Translations under genes and position numbers: made by a program | From: an uncultured Planctomycetales bacterium | GTDB lineage: Bacteria > Omnitrophota > Gorgyraeia > Zapsychrales > JBDRMG01 | NCBI GenBank assembly: GCA_964478715.1 | Contig: CAYZIY010000004.1 | Coordinates: forward strand, 43,351-107,350 | Length of the DNA stretch: 64,000 bases | Direction of reading: 5' to 3' | Part shown: positions 1 through 8,621 of the stretch, piece after piece | How the letters are laid out: each line of letters starts with the position of its first letter | How positions within the stretch are numbered: position 1 is the stretch's first letter | Notes under the pieces: model-generated | Database searches by the model: none | The model's input: only the letters and a program-made list of their open reading frames with translations | What the model was told of the DNA's origin: nothing

Positions 1-3000
1 CGCCGCCGTCGTTTCCGTCGCTGATGTTTTTATACTTTCCGCGGAACTCATCGAAGAGATTGCGCATGACAACTTTTTGATAATCACCCAGGATCGCGCG
101 CTCTTTTCGAACCGTTTTGCCGCGGCCGTCAGCAAAGAATGAATCAATGGTCGCGCCCCCTAAATCAACCTCGCCTTTGGAAAGATCGATATTGCGGGCC
201 AGTATTTGATGCGTGAGTTTTCCCGTATATGGTGTCTCTTGGACCATGTGCCTGAGTTTTTGAAGATTGGCAGGTAAATTAGCGGCATCCAGTTCATCCA
301 TACCGGCCTCTCTCATCAACCGACCTTGTTCCTCGGCTAAAATACTTGATACCGTTCCCTCAGTAAGCTGCAGGCCGCGAAGCGATTTTTTAAGCGCTCC
401 TGTATCCAGCGCGGTAATACCCATTTCGTTAACAGTCTGGAGGGCTAAATCGGATATAATCGGATCACCCGCCTGCGTGGCCTTTTGAGGAAGATTAAAT
501 AATACAGCCGCCGTAAGCTTTTCATCTTCATCCCCGATATAGGTCCGTTTTTCCTGCAAAATCAACTGGCGCGGCGTTAAAGAGGCAGCCTGCTTGGAAT
601 CCATCTTAGCCAGCAAGTCTTTAGAGAAGGCGCGCTTGTCATAGGTTTGAATATCCAATTTGGAAGCGGCACCCTTGCCTTTGCGGCCCCAGAATTCAGC
701 CACGCCTCTCATGTGCTTGGCCTCGTGACTGCGGTCGATATCAGCCTCTTTGAAATCTGTCAGGAATTGTACCGGCTTGCCGTATTCAGACCGGGCCATA
801 TATTGAGTAAGCTGTTCATCGGATAAATCCGCTATGGCATAGTATTCCCCGTCGGCAAAGACATGCTTGATCGTTTGATGATCTTTAAGAGCCGCCAAGC
901 TCAGCCCGCTGATATCTCTTTCGAGTCCGCCCTCGGCTTCGTTATACTGCGCTCGGTAAGCGGCCTGAAGTTCCTTGAAGGTATCGCCTTTTTTGTTAAA
1001 ATAACGACGGCCGACCGTATCCACTGAAAGAGTGGTCCCGTCATCCAGAGCCATGCGGGTAATGCCCATTTTCACAGACGCCCCGTCTTGGTCGGTATGA
1101 TTATAAAGATTTAAAGAATTGACCCGCATGCCCAGCTGAACGCGATCGTACTGTCCGTCAGCTCCTTTTGATTCAAACACAGCCAAAGGATCGCTTTGGG
1201 CCAACCGCAGAGCGGTTTCAAATCCCTGGGAACCTCTTGCATATCTTTTGCCGCCAACCGTCACGGCATCCACATCCTGGCCTTCAACAACAGCCAATCC
1301 TTCTCCGGCCCCGGCGAAAATATATTGCTTTTCTCCAACAGGAAGATGGACTCTGATGCTGGTATCAGGGATGGGCACCAGACGGGTTCCCTGTTCGGTA
1401 GTAATTAACTCGGCCTCCTGAAGCTCGGTGATGTTTCCTTCCTTATCCCGTTTGGTCACCTCATAGTAGCGCGCCTGAGGATCGGCCTCAGCCATTTGAA
1501 GAGCCTTGTTCCAGTCTTCCTGGGTGACCTGATCTCTTCTAACCTTTCGTCTGACGAGCTGGCCTGTCGTTAAATCAACATCAAGAATTTCGACCTGTCC
1601 CAAATCTCCATAATGCGCCGCCTGAGCCGGCACCAAGCTCGAGGTAAAAACCTGCGTTTCTCCAAAACGCGAAGCATAATTACCGCTTTTTGCGTTTTTA
1701 TCATAAATGGAAACAACCACTTTTTTATCTTTGGTCAGCTGATTGGTTGTCAGTTGGAATCTTTTCTTTTTGGTGGTTTTGCGGTTAAAAAGCTCTCCTA
1801 AAAACCGGCTTCCCAAAACCGGCTCAGCTTTCTTTTCATTGATCAGTTCGAAATCAAGAGTGACATCCCGGCCGGCCATTACGCTTTCATCCAAAAGACC
1901 GCGCACCCGGAAATTATCTCCGACTTTGGCCGCATCAGCATCGCTGTCTTCCATGAATCGATCAGGAAGCGCGGCCGTAAAGAAGGGTTTTTCGTCAATA
2001 TTTGTCTCAAAGAGAATATCCTCATCATCCATATTGAGTTTTTTCTGCCAGCCGGCGCTCAATGCGCCCATATGCAGAACCAGGGTCTTGCGGTCCATAA
2101 CGCCCATGCGGTAGGAATTCATCAGAGGTCCGTCAATCCAGTGCAGGGTCTCGGTGGCATCACCCAAATCCCGTTCGGCAAAGAAACGAAAATGCGTATT
2201 TTTTCCCTGGTCTTTAAGCTCTTTGGCCAGAACTTGATCATAAATTTGTTTCTTTTTCTTATCGGCGCTGGCCACCTCTTCCCCGTGGCTTTTGAGGACA
2301 TTTTGATAAGCTCCCTCGGCAATCATTTGAGCCGCCTCTGGAGTGTCAACTAAACTGTAAAGCGCGCCGATATAGGCTGACTCTCTGGCAGCTTCTGCCT
2401 CCTGAAGCACTCCCGCGTCAATCAGAAAATCTTCATAAGCCAATTGCCCGGCCGCCAGCGCTTTTTCTTTGGCCGCATTATCCCGTCTGACCAATTTGAT
2501 TCCGCGCTCATTGAATCCCAGCATATTGGCCAAATTATATCCGGTCATCACCGCATAACGCTTTTCGGCATCTGTTTTGGCCCGGTCTCTGGCCGCTTCG
2601 GCTTCTGATTCGCTCTGGCCGTTAGCTAAGGCAAGCTGATAGGCTTGCTTTCCGGCTTTCTCGCCAGCTTTGGTGCGAGCAGACGCGTATTTGCTCGTGA
2701 CGCGGTTTTTCTCCAATTCTTTAGCCACGGCAGCCATTTGTAAATCGCCTGTTTGTTTAAGAACTTCAAGAAATTTCTTTTCGCCCATTCTTTCGGCCAA
2801 CTCATCCACGGTCAATTCTTCCCGGCCTTTTAATCCGACTAAGGGACCGATCACTTCCCCTAAAGCAAGGCTGGTCACCCCCGCGGCCGCCGAAACCATA
2901 TTTTTTCCCATACGGGAGCTGAATTGCTCATAAGTGCCCTGATGGCTCATGGCCCGCATCGTGCCCCAAAGATTTTCTTTCCATATCCCTTCGGCATATT

Positions 3001-5815
3001 CTTCGGCACTTTTGCCTTCAAACAGCGCATTGAATTCTTTTTCCGAAATAGCTCCGACTTCCAGAAGATTTCTTGCTTCTTCGTATTGCTTATTGACCTG
3101 ATCAACGATCTCTTTTTTAGCCGCTTTGAGCTGAGCCAAATTGGAAGCGGACACTCCGCTTAAGACTCCCAGATTATCCACCATAGTATTAGCGTCCATA
3201 ATGGAACGCTGGCGTCTCATCAAGAGTCCGCCGCCTTGATCAATGGACACGCCAAAGAGGGCATCGGAGATATCAGCCACCAGAACTGTTGAGAAATCAT
3301 TCCACAAATTCTCCCCGATTCCCCGGCCATCACGCTTGGTCAGACCGGTAATGCCCGCCAGAGTCGCATCCGCAAGGGCCATCAGAGCAAAGCCCTTAAC
3401 CGAGAATTCCATCTTGGTCTTTTGTTTGGCCTTGCGGGTGGCCCATTCTTCTTTGCTCATGCCCTGGTATTTTTCCTGAAATTCTTCCTTCGTCATGCGG
3501 TTGCCGCGCACAGCCCAGATATCATCTTCATATTCCTGCATGGCTTTAGCTTTATCCGCCTGGATCATCCTTGATCTATTATGTGCTTTGTCGATTTGGT
3601 GAGCAATGAGTCCCAGCACAGCCGCGCGGGTAATCGGATTAGCCAGAACGCGATGAACATATTTGAGGAATGAATTTTTGTTCTCACTTCTTATGTTTGG
3701 TCTTCCTTTGTTTTTGACGCGCCCGATCAGATAATTACCGATCGAACCGCTTGTGCTCTCTAGGGCCATCATCAAAAACTGATGATCACCGTCTAAATCC
3801 AGATCTTCTTTACCCATTTTCCCGCGAATCGCATTGATCACCGCTACCATACTATAGGTGACACCGGTTGAGATGGCCTGATTGCCGATAGCCGGCAGGA
3901 CATAATCGGTAATTTGCGTGCCCATTTCTTTAAAGAAATTATTTCCGGCATCCACGCCAAAATCTCCGGCAAACCAGTTGTTCTCACCGCCGTCAAGTGT
4001 TCCCAGCTTATCAATGCCAAAGGTTAAACCGGCCATTACCGGAGTTGAGACAGCCGTTGAGATCATGCTGTTGAGACCGTTTCGCAAGATTGGATTTTTG
4101 ACCTTGTCTTCATCAAGAAGCAGAGGTTCGACAATATAGATATCCACCGCTGTTTTAAATCCACCGTAAATAAATCCCTTGCCGAATCCGGAACCGATTT
4201 TCTCCAGGCAATCGCCAATGGTGATATCGGTGAACATGTCGATGCCGGTTGCATCGAAAATCTTAGTGAACATCTCTTCCATAGTGCCGGTCAAACTGTC
4301 GGCCATGGTTTGGCCCAGAATATTTCCGGCATTTTGGGCAAAAAGTTCTTCGGTAAGTTTTTTTAGATCTGTTATCTCACTTTTTAAAAGGTCTAAAAGC
4401 TGGCCATCAATGACCTGATCATATATGCTCTTAACCGCCTCGTCGGACAACTCATCAAGGGTTTGACCAGCTTGCAAAACTCCCCGCTTTCTTAAGGCTT
4501 CTTGATAGGATTTCAAAGCCCCGCGCATAGCATCAGTGGTCGCATCCATCAGGCGCTCCTGAAGCATTTCATCAAAAATAGAATCCTGAAAAGCGCTGAA
4601 TCCCATGGTAAAAGCGTATCCGAGAGCACTGCTTAATATCGTTCCCCAGGTTTCATTCCACCAGCCCTTTTTGATGCCCAAATACATCACCGCTGCCTGC
4701 ATGCGGCCAACTGCTTGGTTGACCATGGCGCTATTCATTCCCATCCATAAAAGATCTTTGAAAGAGAGAATTTCTTTAAGGCCTGTCAAATGGCCGAAAA
4801 ACGCACCTCCAAAAACAGCCAAAACACTAAATCCAACGCTCGCACCAATATTGCTCCAAGCCTCTTTGCTGGTCAAACCAGGATAGTCATCCCAGTGACT
4901 CTTCCAGCCTGATCCCCATACAAAAGCCAGAACTTCATCCGGAACACGTCTCACTTCCTCTGGTTTGTCCAGACTGGACGCTAGAACAATTCCTGTGGAA
5001 TCACGCATAAAATCCTCTTTGGACAAAGTCATGGCATTTCCAAGATCAGTAAAATAGACATTGTCTTCATCAAAACCTGTCACCATCACAAAGTGTTCCT
5101 GCTTTAAGCTGGCTAAAAACGGAGGGGGGAAATAAGAAAGATGCTCCGGCTGGATCCTGAATGCCTTATAATCCAAACCATAAGCGGCAGCCAATTTATT
5201 GATGGCAAAAAGAGAGGTTTTAAGTTTGGGATCACCGGCTTTGATCACATCATACAGTAAATCAATCAAAATCGTGGCTACCGAGAGTTCTTCCAAGGTG
5301 GTATCTACTTCATGAGCGGTTAATATGTCCTTCAGGGCATAAATTCCGCAGTTTAGGGGGTGAATCTCAGGCTCTCTCAGCCAAAGGTAAATGTTCTCAA
5401 TGTCTTGAGAAGTGAATGACCGCTCAGATTCCAGTAAAAGCGAAGGCGCAGTTGATTCATCGGCATAATCGGGAAGATTATTATTCGTTAGGCGGATATG
5501 GAGTTTGGGGTCTTTTTGATGGGCAATCTGGTTCAGGAAATATTCGACATTTCCGGCAATTTGAGCGGTTCGGATCTCTTCTTGAGAGGCCTGCGGGCTG
5601 ATATAACGCGAAGCCTGTTCTTTGTGCAGGACATAAGGATTATAATTGATGGCCCAGGCAACTTGTTCCGGAATGAAACAGGCAAGGACAACAATGGCAG
5701 CAATTTTGATCCATTTCTTGAAACGGCTTTGAAATGGCTGATCAACAACAATATCAGTTTTACTCTGGCCTGAGTCTTCTGATTCGCTGTTATTTATGTC
5801 CATTCTTTCATTCAT
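1..5815 (-). CDS. Giant secreted protein, 3' end beyond the window (>1930 aa): N-terminal signal/TM segment, C39-family peptidase domain, hydrophobic helical region, HExxH zincin motif
   Basis: Hand translation: MNERMDINN...KKWIKIAAIVVLACFIPEQVAWA...LNCGIYALKD...EHFVMVTGFDEDNVYFTD (C39 Cys/His/Asp pattern); HEAKHMRGVAEF at ~713-727. The same frame reads open at the window edge, and the ORF track lists nothing for it, consistent with no stop codon. In-frame ATGs at 5821/5815/5803; AGGT lies 7 nt upstream of 5815. Confidence 0.9.
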   Translation of the reverse strand, partial: MNERMDINNSESEDSGQSKTDIVVDQPFQSRFKKWIKIAAIVVLACFIPEQVAWAINYNPYVLHKEQASRYISPQASQEEIRTAQIAGNVEYFLNQIAHQKDPKLHIRLTNNNLPDYADESTAPSLLLESERSFTSQDIENIYLWLREPEIHPLNCGIYALKDILTAHEVDTTLEELSVATILIDLLYDVIKAGDPKLKTSLFAINKLAAAYGLDYKAFRIQPEHLSYFPPPFLASLKQEHFVMVTGFDEDNVYFTDLGNAMTLSKEDFMRDSTGIVLASSLDKPEEVRRVPDEVLAFVWGSGWKSHWDDYPGLTSKEAWSNIGASVGFSVLAVFGGAFFGHLTGLKEILSFKDLLWMGMNSAMVNQAVGRMQAAVMYLGIKKGWWNETWGTILSSALGYAFTMGFSAFQDSIFDEMLQERLMDATTDAMRGALKSYQEALRKRGVLQAGQTLDELSDEAVKSIYDQVIDGQLLDLLKSEITDLKKLTEELFAQNAGNILGQTMADSLTGTMEEMFTKIFDATGIDMFTDITIGDCLEKIGSGFGKGFIYGGFKTAVDIYIVEPLLLDEDKVKNPILRNGLNSMISTAVSTPVMAGLTFGIDKLGTLDGGENNWFAGDFGVDAGNNFFKEMGTQITDYVLPAIGNQAISTGVTYSMVAVINAIRGKMGKEDLDLDGDHQFLMMALESTSGSIGNYLIGRVKNKGRPNIRSENKNSFLKYVHRVLANPITRAAVLGLIAHQIDKAHNRSRMIQADKAKAMQEYEDDIWAVRGNRMTKEEFQEKYQGMSKEEWATRKAKQKTKMEFSVKGFALMALADATLAGITGLTKRDGRGIGENLWNDFSTVLVADISDALFGVSIDQGGGLLMRRQRSIMDANTMVDNLGVLSGVSASNLAQLKAAKKEIVDQVNKQYEEARNLLEVGAISEKEFNALFEGKSAEEYAEGIWKENLWGTMRAMSHQGTYEQFSSRMGKNMVSAAAGVTSLALGEVIGPLVGLKGREELTVDELAERMGEKKFLEVLKQTGDLQMAAVAKELEKNRVTSKYASARTKAGEKAGKQAYQLALANGQSESEAEAARDRAKTDAEKRYAVMTGYNLANMLGFNERGIKLVRRDNAAKEKALAAGQLAYEDFLIDAGVLQEAEAARESAYIGALYSLVDTPEAAQMIAEGAYQNVLKSHGEEVASADKKKKQIYDQVLAKELKDQGKNTHFRFFAERDLGDATETLHWIDGPLMNSYRMGVMDRKTLVLHMGALSAGWQKKLNMDDEDILFETNIDEKPFFTAALPDRFMEDSDADAAKVGDNFRVRGLLDESVMAGRDVTLDFELINEKKAEPVLGSRFLGELFNRKTTKKKRFQLTTNQLTKDKKVVVSIYDKNAKSGNYASRFGETQVFTSSLVPAQAAHYGDLGQVEILDVDLTTGQLVRRKVRRDQVTQEDWNKALQMAEADPQARYYEVTKRDKEGNITELQEAELITTEQGTRLVPIPDTSIRVHLPVGEKQYIFAGAGEGLAVVEGQDVDAVTVGGKRYARGSQGFETALRLAQSDPLAVFESKGADGQYDRVQLGMRVNSLNLYNHTDQDGASVKMGITRMALDDGTTLSVDTVGRRYFNKKGDTFKELQAAYRAQYNEAEGGLERDISGLSLAALKDHQTIKHVFADGEYYAIADLSDEQLTQYMARSEYGKPVQFLTDFKEADIDRSHEAKHMRGVAEFWGRKGKGAASKLDIQTYDKRAFSKDLLAKMDSKQAASLTPRQLILQEKRTYIGDEDEKLTAAVLFNLPQKATQAGDPIISDLALQTVNEMGITALDTGALKKSLRGLQLTEGTVSSILAEEQGRLMREAGMDELDAANLPANLQKLRHMVQETPYTGKLTHQILARNIDLSKGEVDLGGATIDSFFADGRGKTVRKERAILGDYQKVVMRNLFDEFRGKYKNISDGNDGG

Positions 5816-5849
5816 TTGCATTACCTAAGGTTTAACTTTACCGTTTTAT

Positions 5850-5881
5850 AAAAAAACCCATATTCGACTCGCGAATATGGG
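5850..5881 (-). terminator. Intrinsic terminator/attenuator 2 in the giant-gene leader
   Basis: Minus strand CCCATATTCG-CGAGT-CGAATATGGG followed by T7, about 35 nt before the start codon. Confidence 0.85.
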
Positions 5882-6006
5882 CTATAAATTTCCAATCAAA
5901 AAAATTAGAACTATTTATACAATAGTATAAACATTTATTCCGTGGTTTTACATAATTAATTGTCATTCCGTGGCTTCCCTTCCTGTTGGCCAGACAGTAC
6001 GGGCAG

Positions 6007-6052
6007 AAAAAATAAAAAGGCTGCCGAAAACCAAATGGATTTCGGCAGCCTT
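6007..6052 (-). terminator. Intrinsic terminator/attenuator 1 (riboswitch expression platform)
   Basis: AAGGCTGCCGAAA-loop-TTTCGGCAGCCTT followed by TTTATTTTTT; its 5' arm is the 3' strand of the aptamer. Confidence 0.85.
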
Positions 6053-6125
6053 ATAAATCTAAATTAGATCATTTCTGATCCCGTGGCTTTGCAACCGCTT
6101 TTCTGGCGATTACCTTTTCGATTCC
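6037..6125 (-). ncRNA. c-di-GMP-I (GEMM)-like riboswitch aptamer with atypical P3
   Basis: GGAATCG-AAAAGGTAATCGC-CAGAAAA-GCGGTTGC-AAAGCCACGGG...GGCTGCCGAAATCC. Shows GEMM hallmarks (GGYAA...GCAAAGCC...GGCTGCCGA) and P1 pairing TCG/CGA; a tetraloop receptor is not obvious. Confidence 0.65.
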
Positions 6126-6140
6126 ATCAACTGCATTATA

Positions 6141-6168
6141 AATATAACATATATAATGCAGAAGTCAA
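6141..6168 (-). promoter_or_regulatory. Sigma70-type promoter of the giant gene
   Basis: TTGACT-N16-TATATT with extended -10 TG, immediately upstream of the riboswitch. Confidence 0.7.
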
Positions 6169-6422
6169 GAAAACGGGATTTTTTTAGACCGATTAATTTC
6201 TGTTATTTCAATATGTTACAAACTTATCAAAAATATATTGAAGTATTTTAATAATTCTACTTTATTTTATTTATATTAATATACCTATTAAAAATGTATA
6301 AATTTAGAGGTAACGGTTTTTTAGAATTTTAATAGAGTATTCCTGAATGGACAATTATTTTAATAATTTTTTAAATGGACATTATCTTCTAAGCGCTAAA
6401 TGAATTTATTGTCCAATTTGGA

Positions 6423-7313
6423 TTATCGAATCGCGCTATTAAGACTGCCAGCGGGATTTCTATGGAAGAAATCCATCAATATGGGGCCGGCCACAAGAAT
6501 AGCCACAACCGGAAAGATGCAGAATAGAAGGGGAACCAGCATTTTCAGGGGCGCCTTGAGAGCAATCTGTTCTCCCCTGCGAAAACGGGCTAAACGCATA
6601 TCCTCAGAAAGAATGTTAAGAGCTTCGGCCACCGAAGTCCCCATCCGATCAGCTTGAATAAGCGTACGGGTAAAGGTCGATACATCGGTGAGATCATATT
6701 TTGAAGATAAGTCTTTTAGAGCCGCTTTGCGGGTTTTACCGACATTGATCTCCTGCATAATCAAATTCAGCTCATCGGTTAAAACAGACTTTTTGGACTT
6801 TTCAATCACCCACTTTAAGGCCAGCATAAAATCCAGCCCGGCATTGACACACAGCGCCAGAAGATCGATCATATCAGGAAGTTCTTTAATAATTTCGTTC
6901 TTTATTCGCTTAATCTTGGCCTTGAGCCAAATTTCCGGAAACATATAACCAAAAACAAAACAAAGCAAACCCCAAGCCATAATGAAATCGGGATTCTTGG
7001 GATAAAAAATGATCATGAGGATAATAATAAGAAGCTCCTTGATCAGAAGAAACTCCTCAGGAGTCAGGTTCACCCTCGCCACAGCAATATCCTTGGCCAT
7101 ACGCTTGCCCAGAGGACCAGCGCAAATCGGCTTATTGAAGGCGGCAACCGCCCGGGTAATCTGTTTGATTAAAGGAGTCTTTCTTTTCTCGACGGGAGCA
7201 TGCGGATCGATAGGACGCAAACGCGGCCTGTTTTCCACGTCAATGAAAGCCGTCACAAAAACCGTCAGGCAAATAATCGAGCTGAATATCAATAAAGTAA
7301 TTGCGGTAACCAT
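6423..7313 (-). CDS. tadC: Tad pilus inner-membrane platform protein TadC (T2SSF family)
   Basis: ELPDMIDLLALCVNAGLDF, LIQADRMGTSVAEAL, KAPLKMLVPLLFCIFP motifs; follows tadB. Confidence 0.92.
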   Translation of the reverse strand: MVTAITLLIFSSIICLTVFVTAFIDVENRPRLRPIDPHAPVEKRKTPLIKQITRAVAAFNKPICAGPLGKRMAKDIAVARVNLTPEEFLLIKELLIIILMIIFYPKNPDFIMAWGLLCFVFGYMFPEIWLKAKIKRIKNEIIKELPDMIDLLALCVNAGLDFMLALKWVIEKSKKSVLTDELNLIMQEINVGKTRKAALKDLSSKYDLTDVSTFTRTLIQADRMGTSVAEALNILSEDMRLARFRRGEQIALKAPLKMLVPLLFCIFPVVAILVAGPILMDFFHRNPAGSLNSAIR

Positions 7314-8170
7314 TAAAAATCCTTGAATTTGCTGATTTTATAAATCAAAAACATCCCGATCAGCTGAAGACAGCTGGCCAAAACAAGCAGATTCTTCCCC
7401 TGCTGGGTTTCCAGCATGACATCAAAGAAATGCTTGTTGGTGGAAAGAACGATCATCAAAAAGCCGATCGGCAAAGCGCTCATAATGATTCCCTGGAGTT
7501 TGCCCTGCAGAGTCAAATTCCTGAGATTCTCTTTGATTTTATTGTTTTCCCGGATGGTGGTCACGATGCGGTTAAAGATCACAGGAAGGTTTCCTCCGGT
7601 TTCCCTGGCCAGAAGAATGGCCGTAATCAGCTGGTGGAGCGCGTTTGATGGCACCCGTTCATAAAGCCGGCTGAACGATTCCTCCAGAGAAACTCCCATC
7701 TTATTTTCTCCCAATAAGATGCCAAACTCCTGGCTGATCGGAGGCGGCATCTCTTCATTGACCACCTCCATGGCCTGAATAATGCTTAAACCTCCTTTCA
7801 GCGAGCTGGACATGATCATAAGGGAATCAACCAGTTGATTCTGAAATCTTTCTTTTCTCTGCTCGGCAAGCATTTTGACATAGATGCTGGGGCCGATGAA
7901 GCCCAAAACCACGCCGGCGACAACGCCGATAAGCCGAAAGGCGGGAAAAAAATGAAACCCGGCCAGACCCAAAAGAGGCGGTCCTAATGAAAAAAGAAGA
8001 ATCACTTTGGTGGGTTTAACCCGGACAAAAATCCGATCCATATCATCCACCAGGGACTCGGAACGCTTACGCTGCGCCGAAACATAAAGACCCGTGGCCG
8101 AGGGGATAATAATATAGGCGATTAAGGCCGCCGAAGCAAAAACCAGAGTGAGGATAACAACCAGAAGCAT
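7313..8170 (-). CDS. tadB: Tad pilus inner-membrane platform protein TadB (T2SSF family)
   Basis: FQNQLVDSLMIMSSSLKGGLS, ETGGNL, LTLQGKLQG motifs. Confidence 0.92.
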   Translation of the reverse strand: MLLVVILTLVFASAALIAYIIIPSATGLYVSAQRKRSESLVDDMDRIFVRVKPTKVILLFSLGPPLLGLAGFHFFPAFRLIGVVAGVVLGFIGPSIYVKMLAEQRKERFQNQLVDSLMIMSSSLKGGLSIIQAMEVVNEEMPPPISQEFGILLGENKMGVSLEESFSRLYERVPSNALHQLITAILLARETGGNLPVIFNRIVTTIRENNKIKENLRNLTLQGKLQGIIMSALPIGFLMIVLSTNKHFFDVMLETQQGKNLLVLASCLQLIGMFLIYKISKFKDF

Positions 8171-8220
8171 ATTTTTATTGTATCAAATTTCTTTGTTGAA
8201 TTGAGTTTTGAAAAATAATT

Positions 8221-8604
8221 TTAAAGAACGCCGGCGCAGCAGGCATCGCAGCAGCGGTCGCATTTGATAAAATCCCCTGAGGCGCAATCTACATCACCGC
8301 AGGCCGCGGAATCCCATAGAGTATAAAGCATACAGCTTTTGCGGCAATCATCATAACATTGCTGGTAGTCATCGGCATCGTACCATTCATTATTAAAGGG
8401 ATTGAGCGCTTCTTCATCAATGATTTTATCGGGATCATACTGCATGCCCTGGCCGAAGATATCGCCGGTCATTTTCCAGCGGCCGGCAAACCCCCGGACA
8501 ATGAATTTCTGCATGGTTAAAACGGCTGCTAACAAGAGCGTTAAGAAAACCGAATATTCCAAAATAGCACTGGCCTTAGATTGTTTGAAATTCCTTAATA
8601 ACAT
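8221..8604 (-). CDS. Flp/TadE-like minor pilin with Cys-rich C-terminus
   Basis: MLLRNFKQSKA|SAILEYS plus hydrophobic helix, RGFAGRW, QYDP; start trimmed to the ATG at 8604. Confidence 0.8.
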   Translation of the reverse strand: MLLRNFKQSKASAILEYSVFLTLLLAAVLTMQKFIVRGFAGRWKMTGDIFGQGMQYDPDKIIDEEALNPFNNEWYDADDYQQCYDDCRKSCMLYTLWDSAACGDVDCASGDFIKCDRCCDACCAGVL

Positions 8605-8621
8605 GAATGGGTTTACTTTCT

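Noticed and set aside
267-5773. Many short plus-strand ORFs and two short minus-strand ORFs in the track
   Set aside because: Shadows of the giant minus-strand ORF; no recognisable motifs. The same applies to the short antisense ORFs over genes throughout the window.
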